A stretch of 64,000 nt of DNA from the NCBI GenBank assembly GCA_052390235.1, contig JBQTHB010000002.1, forward strand, positions 224,001 through 288,000, in the 5' to 3' direction. The position numbers and the translations under genes were made by a program. The notes under the pieces are model-generated. The model was not told the DNA's origin and made no database searches. It saw only the letters and a list, made by a program, of their open reading frames with translations. This document shows positions 32,390-41,715 of this stretch, in pieces (position 1 is the stretch's first letter; the number at the start of each line of letters is the position of its first letter). This DNA is from Deltaproteobacteria bacterium (GTDB lineage: Bacteria; Desulfobacterota_D; UBA1144; Nemesobacterales; CSP1-2).

Positions 32390-33553
32390 TCATTCAAACA
32401 CGACCGAATCCACTACGCGAAGGATTATCTCATCCGACACGGCAAACCCGTTCTGCCCGATTTGAAGCGCGCCGCCCTCGAGATGAATCATCCCATCGCG
32501 GACGAGAGGGCTGAGTTTCCCGCCGTCCACACGGGCGCGAAATTCTTCTTTGAGACCTGCGAGATTCAACCCCTCGGCAAGCCTCAGCCCCATGAGGATT
32601 TTGTCCTCCACCGCCTCCTTGCGGCTCAGGCGCTCTGCCGATGCGACGGGCTTTTTTCCCCCTATCGCCTGTTTCATATAGACCGCCGGATTGCGTACAT
32701 TAGCCCACCTTGCCCCCCATTGGGATTCGCGCCCCGCGCCCTGATGCGAATGCGCCCCCGCGCCGAGTCCCAAATAGCGATCCCCCCTCCAGTAGAGCAG
32801 GTTATGGCGACACTCCCTGCCGGAGCGGGCGAAATTCGATATTTCATAGCGCCTATAGCCGGCGGCTTCAATAAAATCCGAGGTACATTCCAGCATCTCT
32901 ATGAGGGCGTCTTCGCCCGGAAGGGGCAGTTTCCCGTCCCCGTAGAGGGCGGAGAATTCCGTGTCGTCTTCAATTGTGAGGCAGTAGGCAGAAATATGAG
33001 TCGAGCCGAAATCGAGGGCGATGGTTAAATCCCTCTGCCACTCCTCAAGCGTCTCGAACGACACTCCGTACATGAGGTCTAGATTGAAATTATCGAATCC
33101 CGCCTTGGGGATATCCCGAAGCACGCGCGCGCTGTCCTCAGGGGCGTTTATTCTGCCGAGGAGTTTGAGCTTTCTCTCGGAAAATGACTGAATCCCCGTG
33201 CTGATGCGATTCACTCCCGCCGCTTTGAATCCCCTTAGCTTTTCCAAATCGGCGGTCTTGGGGTTCACTTCAAGCGAAATTTCAATGGACGGAAGCGGGG
33301 ACGAGAAGCCAATAATTTTATTTATCACCTTCTCGATGTTCTGCGGCGAGAACAGGGACGGCGTGCCTCCCCCGAAAAAAATCGAGTTAAGCGGGACTCC
33401 CTCAATGGACTCGCGGTACAGGTCAATCTCTGCGAGGAGCGCGAGCGTGTAGTCGTCCTCCGGGATGCGCGAGCCTACGCCGTAGGAGTTGAAATCGCAG
33501 TACGGGCATTTCTTCACGCAGTAGGGAATGTGGACATAGACGCCAAAAGCCAT
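32390..33553 (-). CDS. hemW: Radical SAM heme chaperone HemW (HemN-like)
   Basis: YVHIPYCVKKCPYCDF, GGGTPS, YEISNFA, HNLLYW; start moved to ATG 33553. Confidence 0.93.
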   Translation of the reverse strand: MAFGVYVHIPYCVKKCPYCDFNSYGVGSRIPEDDYTLALLAEIDLYRESIEGVPLNSIFFGGGTPSLFSPQNIEKVINKIIGFSSPLPSIEISLEVNPKTADLEKLRGFKAAGVNRISTGIQSFSERKLKLLGRINAPEDSARVLRDIPKAGFDNFNLDLMYGVSFETLEEWQRDLTIALDFGSTHISAYCLTIEDDTEFSALYGDGKLPLPGEDALIEMLECTSDFIEAAGYRRYEISNFARSGRECRHNLLYWRGDRYLGLGAGAHSHQGAGRESQWGARWANVRNPAVYMKQAIGGKKPVASAERLSRKEAVEDKILMGLRLAEGLNLAGLKEEFRARVDGGKLSPLVRDGMIHLEGGALQIGQNGFAVSDEIILRVVDSVVFE

Positions 33554-33644
33554 AGGAGGGGGATTATACCACACCTGCGCGATGCGGGGTGGGTGAATGA
33601 TGGGAGGGCAGGAAAAAGTATGAGTTTGCCCTAGTCCCTCCTTT

Positions 33645-33966
33645 TGTCATTTCGAGGGAGCGGCGGCGACTGAGAAATCTTATAGCGATAGCGAGAAATC
33701 CTGAATAAGATTCCTCTCTGCGTTCGGAATGACAGGGGTAAGGCGGTTCGGAATTACACTTCACGTTGAGCGGAGTCGAAGTGGGCGAGTAGTTCGGCTA
33801 CGCTCAGCATAAACTGCGTCGAAGGGCGGGCGGATACTCTTATGTCATTCTCACGAAAGTGGGAATCCACTTCAGCCTCATCTGCGTCGAAAGGTGTGGA
33901 ACTGGACAAAGCTCGCTATAAACTACGTCGAAGGGCAAGAAATCCCGCATCGAGAATCCTGCATCG
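33645..33966 (+). repeat. Composite cluster of palindromic repeat modules, copy 4
   Basis: TGTCATTTCGAG..., TGTCATTCTCACGAAAGTGGGAATCCA and GCTCAGCATAAACTGCGTCGAAGGG modules shared with 44282-44525 and 45368-45786. Confidence 0.88.
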
Positions 33967-34055
33967 TCTTAACCCTTCCTTAACGCTGGGTTGAAATATC
34001 CTGCAAAAATGCTTAAACTCTCACCTAGGAACTCCCTGTTTAGAGGAGGCTTAAC

Positions 34056-34544
34056 ATGATAGATGATTTGGACTATGACAATCCCGTAAATTATAAAGGT
34101 TTCGACCTTTCCGAGGTTGAAGAAAACGACCTCGCCGACATGATGGAGAAAATTGATTTAATCCACGAAAATATGGCTACTATTAAAGACCTGTGCGCAA
34201 AGCTAATTTCGCTCTACGACCCGGCTCGGCAGAGAATCCACGAAACCATAGCCTCGGACCCGGACATTCATCAACGTATAATGGAGGAGTCAATAAAACT
34301 CTACGGCGAGGAGCGGGGCAAACGATTCGTCGAGCTTATACTCGGCAGGCCCGACGGCGACTCGGTAAAACTACAGATGGCGAAGGCAAAGGCGTTTATA
34401 ATTTCCTATGAGCGGCAGTTTGACGACGAGATTCTAGACCCGATTCAGCCGTCGCAGTTTGAAGAAACAGACATCTATAAAATCATGCAGAGGCTCACGG
34501 ACGGCAAATCCCCGATGCCAAACCTCACCTCGCGCTCTGGTTGA
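34056..34544 (+). CDS. Hypothetical acidic helical protein
   Basis: SD GAGGAGG, own promoter-like TTGAAA...TAAACT; no family recognised. Confidence 0.75.
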   Translation: MIDDLDYDNPVNYKGFDLSEVEENDLADMMEKIDLIHENMATIKDLCAKLISLYDPARQRIHETIASDPDIHQRIMEESIKLYGEERGKRFVELILGRPDGDSVKLQMAKAKAFIISYERQFDDEILDPIQPSQFEETDIYKIMQRLTDGKSPMPNLTSRSG

Positions 34545-35514
34545 TTTCCCTAAGCGCATCCGCATTGACGAGATTTGCGGGCGAATCCCCGCCCAGAGCC
34601 GAGGCAACCGCCGCCGCCGCCATGTCGCTCATCCTGACCCTCGTCTCAAGGGACGCGCTTCCGATATGGGGTAGCAACACAGAGTTCGGTAGCGCGAGTA
34701 GCTCTGCGCCGACCTCTGGCTCTGTCTCATAGACGTCGAGTCCGGCTCCCCAAATAACCCCCTCTCGAAGCGCGCGGACGAGTTCCCCCTCTTTTATGAT
34801 TTGCCCACGCCCCACGTTCACAATAACTGCCGTCCGCTTCATTTGCTCAAACTCTGCAAACCCGAACCGCCCCCGGCTCTGCGGGTTAAGCGGCGATGCA
34901 ATGACGAGAAAATCTGACTCCCGAAGGAGCGTGGGGAAATCCACCCAAGTCGCTATGGCGCGGCTCTCGTCGCCTGAGTGTCTGCTGCGATTATGATAAA
35001 TTACCCGCATATCGAACCCCGAAGCCCTCTTGGCTATTGCTCCTCCGATGCGTCCCATGCCATAAACGCCGAGGGTTTTACCGTGAATATTCACCCCCAA
35101 AAGGAGCGTCGGAAGCCAGCCTATGAATTCCCCGCGCCTCAGGAATGAGTCTGCCTCAGGGATTCGCCTCCCAGTGGAGAGGATTAACCCCCAAGCCAGG
35201 TCTGCCGTCGCCTCGGTCAGCACACCGGGCGTATTTGTAACGAAAATCCCCTTGCGAGTGGCATACGCAACGTCAATATTCTCGAAGCCTACGCCGCAGT
35301 TCGAGATGATTTTCAAATTAGCCGATGCGCCCATCACGGCGGCGTCAACGCGGTCGGTAACCATTGTTATCAGGGCGTGGGATTGCCTGGCTCCAGCGAT
35401 GAGTTCCTCGCGCGAGGGGGGGCGCTCTTCGGGGAATATCTCAACTCGGTAATTTCGCCGGAGCGTCTCAAGCGATGCGCCGGGGAGATTTGCCGTTACG
35501 AATATTTTTTTCAT
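34525..35514 (-). CDS. D-2-hydroxyacid dehydrogenase (glyoxylate reductase/D-glycerate dehydrogenase-like)
   Basis: NTPGVLTEATAD, GMGRIG, NVGRG, LDVYETEP, PHIGSA; start moved to ATG 35514. Confidence 0.93.
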   Translation of the reverse strand: MKKIFVTANLPGASLETLRRNYRVEIFPEERPPSREELIAGARQSHALITMVTDRVDAAVMGASANLKIISNCGVGFENIDVAYATRKGIFVTNTPGVLTEATADLAWGLILSTGRRIPEADSFLRRGEFIGWLPTLLLGVNIHGKTLGVYGMGRIGGAIAKRASGFDMRVIYHNRSRHSGDESRAIATWVDFPTLLRESDFLVIASPLNPQSRGRFGFAEFEQMKRTAVIVNVGRGQIIKEGELVRALREGVIWGAGLDVYETEPEVGAELLALPNSVLLPHIGSASLETRVRMSDMAAAAVASALGGDSPANLVNADALREINQSAR

Positions 35515-35536
35515 GATGTGGATTCTTCGCTTAAAA

Positions 35537-36844
35537 TCACTTCTCAAACGGGTCCGGCATCTCAGGGTGCCAGAGCTTGAAGTGATTTTTATGATTCTCC
35601 GTGTACGCGCCTTCGGGGTAGAATTTATCGTAAAATTCGAGGTCTAGGTGATGCGCCTGAACCATAAATCTCAGAAACATCGGGTCCGAGAACGCCGGAA
35701 ATCTGCCGTAGGTGTCATAGACGTAATTGCAAATGTCCTTTACAATTTGAATCTCCTCCTTGCTGGGTCTCTCAATTTCCTGAAGCACCCCCTCTGGGCT
35801 TAGATACGGCATCTTATGAGATTCCCAATTGCTCCATTTCATATCGTTCAGCGCCTCTACAGCATCGCCCATGTTCTTGTAATAGGGCGGGCAGAAAGCC
35901 TCAAACAGCCCGTCCCTGCCCACGGCAACGGGGTTTGGGTTTCCGGTCGCGCCTTGAATCTTGGGGGTAGTGAACCTGAAGCCAAGCCCCTTGTTAAACG
36001 GAGTGCCTCCGAGCATGAACATACTTGCGAATCCGCTAAATAACCATCCGCCAAGTCCCAGAGCCTGAAGCGCAAGCGCCATATTCTGCCCCATGAACGC
36101 CTGCTCGGCGATGTAGCCGTTTGCAAACCGCAGTTCCGCCTCGATGAGCGGCATCCTCTTGCCCTCGTCAATCATCCCCTTTTTGACCCAGCCCGAGGTT
36201 CCCGGATGCCTCATCCCGTGGAGTTCGTCAACGAAATTGAACCTGTGGTCAGGGCGCATATAGAAAAAATAGAGATTAATTATGCAGGCCGACAGATCCG
36301 TAACGGGCATGAATACCGTAGCGCCGGGCTTGTTCACGTTCCAGAGGTTGTGGGCGGCGATTCCGGGCGGTTTGCTTGGGAGGTCTGCGCGCTTGTCTTC
36401 GAGCTTTATCCTCGACTCTAGGAACATTTCGAGGATTTTCTCAACGCGCGCCTCGCGGCTGAGTCCCTCTAAGCCCCTGAAATCAGACGGTTTTTTGTCG
36501 TGCATTTTTATCATATACGTCCCGTCGTCGTTCGTATAGAAAAGCTCGGTGCGGTGAACATCTCCAAGCGCCGGAATGGTTTTGCTCGTGAACTGCATCT
36601 CAAGGTCAAGCCCAACGTGCGGGGGGAAATCCGAGAGGTTTATGTTCTTGATTCCAAGCCCCGTCCATACGAGCAGAGCCTCCTCGAGTTCCGTGAGCGA
36701 GATAGGCTCGTGGCGGGATTTGTACTTTAGCGGGCCCTTGTCAATTTCCATGCCGAGTCCGAACCGCCTAGACCTCCGCTGAAAGACCGAGTCAATAAAG
36801 CTGTGGTTGATAAACGTATCGAGTCCCTTGGGATATTTGCTCAT
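35537..36844 (-). CDS. Uncharacterised nitroreductase-superfamily-like protein
   Basis: RRSRR FMN-binding-type motif and GQNMALALQALGLGGW; SD AGGAG. Confidence 0.75.
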   Translation of the reverse strand: MSKYPKGLDTFINHSFIDSVFQRRSRRFGLGMEIDKGPLKYKSRHEPISLTELEEALLVWTGLGIKNINLSDFPPHVGLDLEMQFTSKTIPALGDVHRTELFYTNDDGTYMIKMHDKKPSDFRGLEGLSREARVEKILEMFLESRIKLEDKRADLPSKPPGIAAHNLWNVNKPGATVFMPVTDLSACIINLYFFYMRPDHRFNFVDELHGMRHPGTSGWVKKGMIDEGKRMPLIEAELRFANGYIAEQAFMGQNMALALQALGLGGWLFSGFASMFMLGGTPFNKGLGFRFTTPKIQGATGNPNPVAVGRDGLFEAFCPPYYKNMGDAVEALNDMKWSNWESHKMPYLSPEGVLQEIERPSKEEIQIVKDICNYVYDTYGRFPAFSDPMFLRFMVQAHHLDLEFYDKFYPEGAYTENHKNHFKLWHPEMPDPFEK

Positions 36845-37092
36845 GAAATTCTCCTAATTTTGATTTTAGCCGCCAATTCACACGGATAAATATGAATTAG
36901 CGTTTTAGTTTAGCAAACGACGGGGGCTTGTCCAAGCGCTTGAGGGTTTTACCGTGGCTTCGCGATAGTAATAATAATATAGCTAGAGTCCATTATGTTG
37001 CTCCGCCCGTGTGGTCTCGGTCTGTCCCAGGCTTGATTCGCAGCCCGGTTTATGAGACACTTCACGCTGGCAGGTAAGGGGGGATTTTGCGA

Positions 37093-37293
37093 ATGAAGGA
37101 GAAACACTGCTCCCTATGCGGAGAGGAATTTCAGTGCGGCGCTGGAGGCGATACCTGCTGGTGCGCCGCGCTTCCGCGCGTCATGCCGCTTGATTTCACC
37201 GGAGACTGCCTCTGCCCCAGATGCCTCGAGAGAGCCATCGGGGATAAAATCGCCGAATCATCCCAGAATGGAGACCCGCTTGGCACGGACTGA
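37093..37293 (+). CDS. Cysteine-rich CWC family protein
   Basis: CxxCGxxFxC, CWC, CLCPRCL. Confidence 0.88.
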   Translation: MKEKHCSLCGEEFQCGAGGDTCWCAALPRVMPLDFTGDCLCPRCLERAIGDKIAESSQNGDPLGTD

Positions 37294-37996
37294 AGCCATT
37301 TTTTGCTGGAGCGGGGGGAAGGACTCCTCTTTCGCCCTCTATGAGATTCTCAAACGCGGTGAATACGAGGTGAAATACCTCCTCACGACCGTCAACGCCC
37401 CGCTCAGGCGTATTTCCATGCACGGAGTGCGCGAGGAACTCCTCGACGCCCAGGCGCTGTCTCTGGGCATTGAACTGATAAAAGTGCGCGTAACTGATGG
37501 CACAAACGACGAATACGAGCGCCTCATGGCGTCCGCCATGCTCAAGGTAAAATCCGAGGGGATACGCCACGTTATCTTCGGCGATATTTTCTTAGCCGAT
37601 TTGCGCCAATACCGAGAGAAAAACCTCGCCAATATCGGGATGGAAGCGGTTTTCCCACTATGGATGCGGGATACGCGCGCTCTCCTAGGGGATTTCCTCG
37701 AAGCCGGATTTCGGACGGTTACCTGCTGCGTAAGCGATGAATTTTTGGATGCAAGCTGGGCCGGAAGGGAAATTGACGCGGATTTTATTGCAAATCTGCC
37801 GGATGGGGTTGACCCCTGCGGCGAGAGGGGGGAGTTTCATACGTTCTGCTACGCGGGCTCCATATTTAAGAGTGAAATCCGGTTTCGTCTGGGCGAGAGA
37901 GTCTATAAGCCTCTTCAAATTAATACGGACGCCTCCGCCTGTAGCTCCCCTTCCGGGGTGAAGGGGTTTTGGTTCTGCGACCTGATACCGCGATAG
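37280..37996 (+). CDS. Diphthine--ammonia ligase-like PP-loop ATP pyrophosphatase (DUF71)
   Basis: WSGGKDS, MHGVR, FGDIFL, DPCGERGEFHT; TTG start after GGAG (ATG 37268 alternative). Confidence 0.9.
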   Translation: MARTEAIFCWSGGKDSSFALYEILKRGEYEVKYLLTTVNAPLRRISMHGVREELLDAQALSLGIELIKVRVTDGTNDEYERLMASAMLKVKSEGIRHVIFGDIFLADLRQYREKNLANIGMEAVFPLWMRDTRALLGDFLEAGFRTVTCCVSDEFLDASWAGREIDADFIANLPDGVDPCGERGEFHTFCYAGSIFKSEIRFRLGERVYKPLQINTDASACSSPSGVKGFWFCDLIPR

Positions 37997-38070
37997 TTTA
38001 ATCACACATCTGAGCGAACAGTTATGGAATAATTTTACCTCCCTGTCGCCTTCGGGTAACCTTTCGAGGC

Positions 38071-39141
38071 ATGGACAAGAAGCGAATACTAGTCGCCATG
38101 AGCGGGGGCGTGGACAGCGCGGCAACAGCCGCCATCCTGAAGCGCGAAGGACACGACGTCATCGGCATCACTATGCAGCTTTGGGATTACGGCGACGCCG
38201 ATGGCGGCTGTTGTTCCGCAGACGACGTTAGGGATGCAAGGCGCGCCGCCGGTGAAATCGGCATTCCCCACTACGTCGTCAATTACATGGAGCTGTTCAA
38301 AAAATTCATCGTCGAGGATTTCATCAATAAATACCTAGACGGCAAAACCCCAAGCCCGTGCGTTTTGTGCAATCAGTTCATGAAATTCAATTTTCTTCTC
38401 AAGCGCGCCCTAGAGCTTGGGGCTGATTTCCTCGCCACTGGACACTATGCGAGAATCCACGAAGACGGCGGCAAGCGCTACCTCGCAAAATCCGTTGACA
38501 GGGCTAAGGATCAGTCCTATTTCCTCTACACCCTCGGTCAGCGGGAACTCGCGCGCCTCATGTTTCCCCTCGGCGGCATGACTAAAGACGAGGTTCGCCG
38601 CACCGCCTCAAATTTCAATCTCGGAGTCGCCAATAAACCCGACAGCCAAGAGGTGTGCTTCATAACTGGCGGCGATTACAGGGATTTCATCAAATCTCAC
38701 GCGGATTCGGCGGGCGCGTCTGGCGGGGAGATAGTTGACACCGAGGGCAGGGCGCTTGGGACTCACGACGGAATCGCATCCTTCACCGTAGGGCAGAGAA
38801 GGGGACTTGGCATCTCGGCGGGCAAACCTATGTACGTCGTAAAAATTGACCGCGAGTCAAACCGCGTCGTCCTCGGCGGGGAGAGGGACATTTTCAAAAC
38901 GACTCTCGTTGCGAATAACGTAACATGGGCGGCGGGCGAGCCTCCATCGGGCGAAATCGAGGTCAAGGCGCGCATCCGATACCGCCATCCCGAAAGCGAC
39001 GCCGTTATCCGCCTAAAATCCGAAACCGAGTCCATTGTTGAGTTTAAAACCCCGCAGCGCGCGATGACGCCGGGGCAGGCGGTTGTTTTCTACAGAGGCG
39101 ACAGAGTCCTCGGCGGCGGGTGGATTGACCAGGTACTATGA
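38071..39141 (+). CDS. mnmA: tRNA 2-thiouridylase
   Basis: AMSGGVDS, PCVLCN, ATGHYA, KDQSYFL, DSQEVCF, TPGQ. Confidence 0.97.
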   Translation: MDKKRILVAMSGGVDSAATAAILKREGHDVIGITMQLWDYGDADGGCCSADDVRDARRAAGEIGIPHYVVNYMELFKKFIVEDFINKYLDGKTPSPCVLCNQFMKFNFLLKRALELGADFLATGHYARIHEDGGKRYLAKSVDRAKDQSYFLYTLGQRELARLMFPLGGMTKDEVRRTASNFNLGVANKPDSQEVCFITGGDYRDFIKSHADSAGASGGEIVDTEGRALGTHDGIASFTVGQRRGLGISAGKPMYVVKIDRESNRVVLGGERDIFKTTLVANNVTWAAGEPPSGEIEVKARIRYRHPESDAVIRLKSETESIVEFKTPQRAMTPGQAVVFYRGDRVLGGGWIDQVL

Positions 39142-40442
39142 AAAGAATATCTCTCGTTACGCTCGGATGCAAGGCTAATCAGTACGACACGGCGGCGATA
39201 ATGAACCTGCTCCCCGAGCGCTCCTACAGAGCCGTCGCATTCCCCGAAGAAGCCGATGTCTATGTAATTGACACCTGCACCGTAACCCACAAAGCCGACG
39301 CCGAAGCTAGGCAGTACGCGCACCGCGCAAAGCGCGTAAATCCAAACGGGGTCGTCGTCGTTACGGGCTGTTACGCTCAGGTGTCCCCGCAAGAAATCCA
39401 AGGGCTGGAGGGAGTGGACTACATCGTCGGAAACTCGGATAAGTTCACCTCGCTTGTGAAAATCATAAAAGAGGGAATACCTCAGCCGCAGGCGCAGGTT
39501 TTTGTCCGCGATATTTTCAACGACCGCGCGAGGGTGTTTGAGTCCCCCGCCGCAAGCCGATTCCCGGAACGCACAAGGGCGACTCTCAAAATCCAAGACG
39601 GGTGCAATTACCGATGCGCTTTCTGCATTATCCCCTACGCGCGGGGCAACTCAAGGAGTCTGCCCGTTGACGACGTTATTAAGAGAATGGAGATACTCGC
39701 CGAGTCGGGCTATAGGGAAATCGTGCTGACGGGAATCCACATTGCGAGCTATGGCAGAGATATAGGGACAAATCTGCTAAAACTGCTCCGCGAGATTGAT
39801 AAGAGGCAGATTGTCGGGCGCGTGAGACTCACCTCGCTTGACCCGGCAGACATAAAGAGGGAGCTGATTGAATTTGCCGCCGAGGCAAAGACCGTCTGCC
39901 CGCAGTTCCACGTCGCCCTTCAGAGCGGGGATGCCGAGGTTCTTCGGCGCATGAGGCGCAGATACACCCCTCAAAAATTCACCGAAGCCACGAACCTGAT
40001 ACGCGAGATGATCCCAGACGCCTCAATCGGGACGGACGTTATCGCTGGTTTCCCCGGCGAGACCGACGAGGAATTCGAGCGCACATTCAGCCTTATGAGG
40101 GACAGCGCGCTGACTTATTTCCACGTTTTCCCGTATTCAAAGCGCAGAGGCACGCCAGCCGCAGGGATGACTGGGCATCTCCATCCGAAAACGATAAAGC
40201 AGAGAAGCGCCCAGCTCAGAGAGCTTGGACAGGCGAAAAAAGAGGAGTTTTATTCGCGCTTCATCGGGCGGACTCTGCCCGTGCTTGTCGAGCGGGGGGA
40301 CAGGGGGATGACTCCCAATTATATAAGCGTCAAGCTGGAGGGCGGCGGTGATTTTCCTATTGGACAGGAGGTTCAGGCGAGGATTCGGGAGATTGCCGGA
40401 GACGAGGCGCGGGGCGAGGTGCGGGCATTGCAGGATTTATGA
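39138..40442 (+). CDS. mtaB: tRNA t6A37 methylthiotransferase
   Basis: TLGCKANQYD, TCTVT, KIQDGCNYRCAFC, HVFPYSKRRGT. Confidence 0.93.
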   Translation: MKRISLVTLGCKANQYDTAAIMNLLPERSYRAVAFPEEADVYVIDTCTVTHKADAEARQYAHRAKRVNPNGVVVVTGCYAQVSPQEIQGLEGVDYIVGNSDKFTSLVKIIKEGIPQPQAQVFVRDIFNDRARVFESPAASRFPERTRATLKIQDGCNYRCAFCIIPYARGNSRSLPVDDVIKRMEILAESGYREIVLTGIHIASYGRDIGTNLLKLLREIDKRQIVGRVRLTSLDPADIKRELIEFAAEAKTVCPQFHVALQSGDAEVLRRMRRRYTPQKFTEATNLIREMIPDASIGTDVIAGFPGETDEEFERTFSLMRDSALTYFHVFPYSKRRGTPAAGMTGHLHPKTIKQRSAQLRELGQAKKEEFYSRFIGRTLPVLVERGDRGMTPNYISVKLEGGGDFPIGQEVQARIREIAGDEARGEVRALQDL

Positions 40443-40585
40443 TGCGAGATACGACGGGTGAGGTTGCCGCAAATTAGCGCGAATTTCCGCGAGAGAAAAT
40501 TAAGTAGAAATTTGCGAGATGGCTCGATTCATATTAATTCGTGGTTAAACGAGAGTTGTTTCTGTCTTTATGCCGATATAATGAA

Positions 40586-41497
40586 ATGAGCTTGAAAAAT
40601 TTGCTTCTCACCTTCGCCGCTCTTTTGGTTTCCTCCTGCATGGCAAACCCCGTTGTCTCGGAATCTGGAAATCTCAAGGCGGCTAATCCCCGGAGTGCGC
40701 TCAAAGTCTGGGCGCTCTCAGACATTCAGCCCAAAAATCAGGCGCAAAAATTGGAATTCACCCGCGCTGTTGCCGACATCAACCGCAACGTTCCTGATAT
40801 TGACCTCGCCATAGTCGCCGGAGACCTCATCGAGGACGCCCGCGAGGAGGATTTTGATTGGTATCTGTCCGAGAAATCCCGCTCCTACATCGAGGAGTGG
40901 TACGAGATAGCCGGGAATCACGACCTTAAACTCGAGCGGGGCGCGGTTTATAGGGAGAAAATTAACCCCGAATTTTACTACTCCATCCTCAAGGGGAACG
41001 CCCTTTTCATCTTCATGTCGGACGAGGTCAGGGGGAAACCCACTGAAATTTCGGATGAGACGTTTCGCTGGTGGAAGAGCCTCGTCGCCGCCAATCAAGA
41101 CAAAATTATCGTCGTCATTACCCACGCCCCTCTCGAAGGTAGCGGAATTCCATTTTCATCCGGGCGCGAGCGGCAAATCGCCGACTCCGGGCGTTTCGCC
41201 GAGGTCATGAAGAGCCACAGGGTTGATGTTTGGCTCTCGGGGCATCTGCATCTGCCCCACGCCCTCGCCAACAACATCTCTATAAAAGCTGAATTCGGCG
41301 GCGCGGCGTTTGTGAATGTCTCTTCAATTCGGACGGAACTGTGGGGAATAAAGGACTCGGAGTCGAGAGTTCTCACCTTTACCTGCGGCTCAGACGCGCT
41401 ATCCATCGAGGCGAGGAATCACGCTAAGGGTCAGTTTGAGCCGAAAAACGGGGCGACCGTCCGGCTCTCGAAAAAGTACGACTGCGGCGGGACATAA
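40586..41497 (+). CDS. Metallophosphoesterase lipoprotein
   Basis: Lipobox VSSC, SDIQ, AGD, GNHD, SGHLH; start moved to ATG 40586. Confidence 0.88.
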   Translation: MSLKNLLLTFAALLVSSCMANPVVSESGNLKAANPRSALKVWALSDIQPKNQAQKLEFTRAVADINRNVPDIDLAIVAGDLIEDAREEDFDWYLSEKSRSYIEEWYEIAGNHDLKLERGAVYREKINPEFYYSILKGNALFIFMSDEVRGKPTEISDETFRWWKSLVAANQDKIIVVITHAPLEGSGIPFSSGRERQIADSGRFAEVMKSHRVDVWLSGHLHLPHALANNISIKAEFGGAAFVNVSSIRTELWGIKDSESRVLTFTCGSDALSIEARNHAKGQFEPKNGATVRLSKKYDCGGT

Positions 41498-41715
41498 CGC
41501 GAAATTCGAGATGTCAAGGCGCGAGATGCCCGGGGCTCTCTTATTCTCTCACTCTGCTGAGTGGGGTCAAAGGGCTAATTTCCTGTTTTCATGGGAATGA
41601 CGCGGGGAGCGCAGGGGGGGAGAGGCGTTCAATCTCGTATCATCCATCTTGAATCTTGCGTGGTGAACGTCCGGCGCTTGAAATCCAGATACCGGAATCG
41701 GTAATATTCCCTCCT

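Noticed and set aside
37020..37050. SRP (4.5S) RNA because of CAGG...GCAGC in a rod
   Set aside because: Lacks the GNRA tetraloop helix and correct spacing between CAGG and AGCAG.
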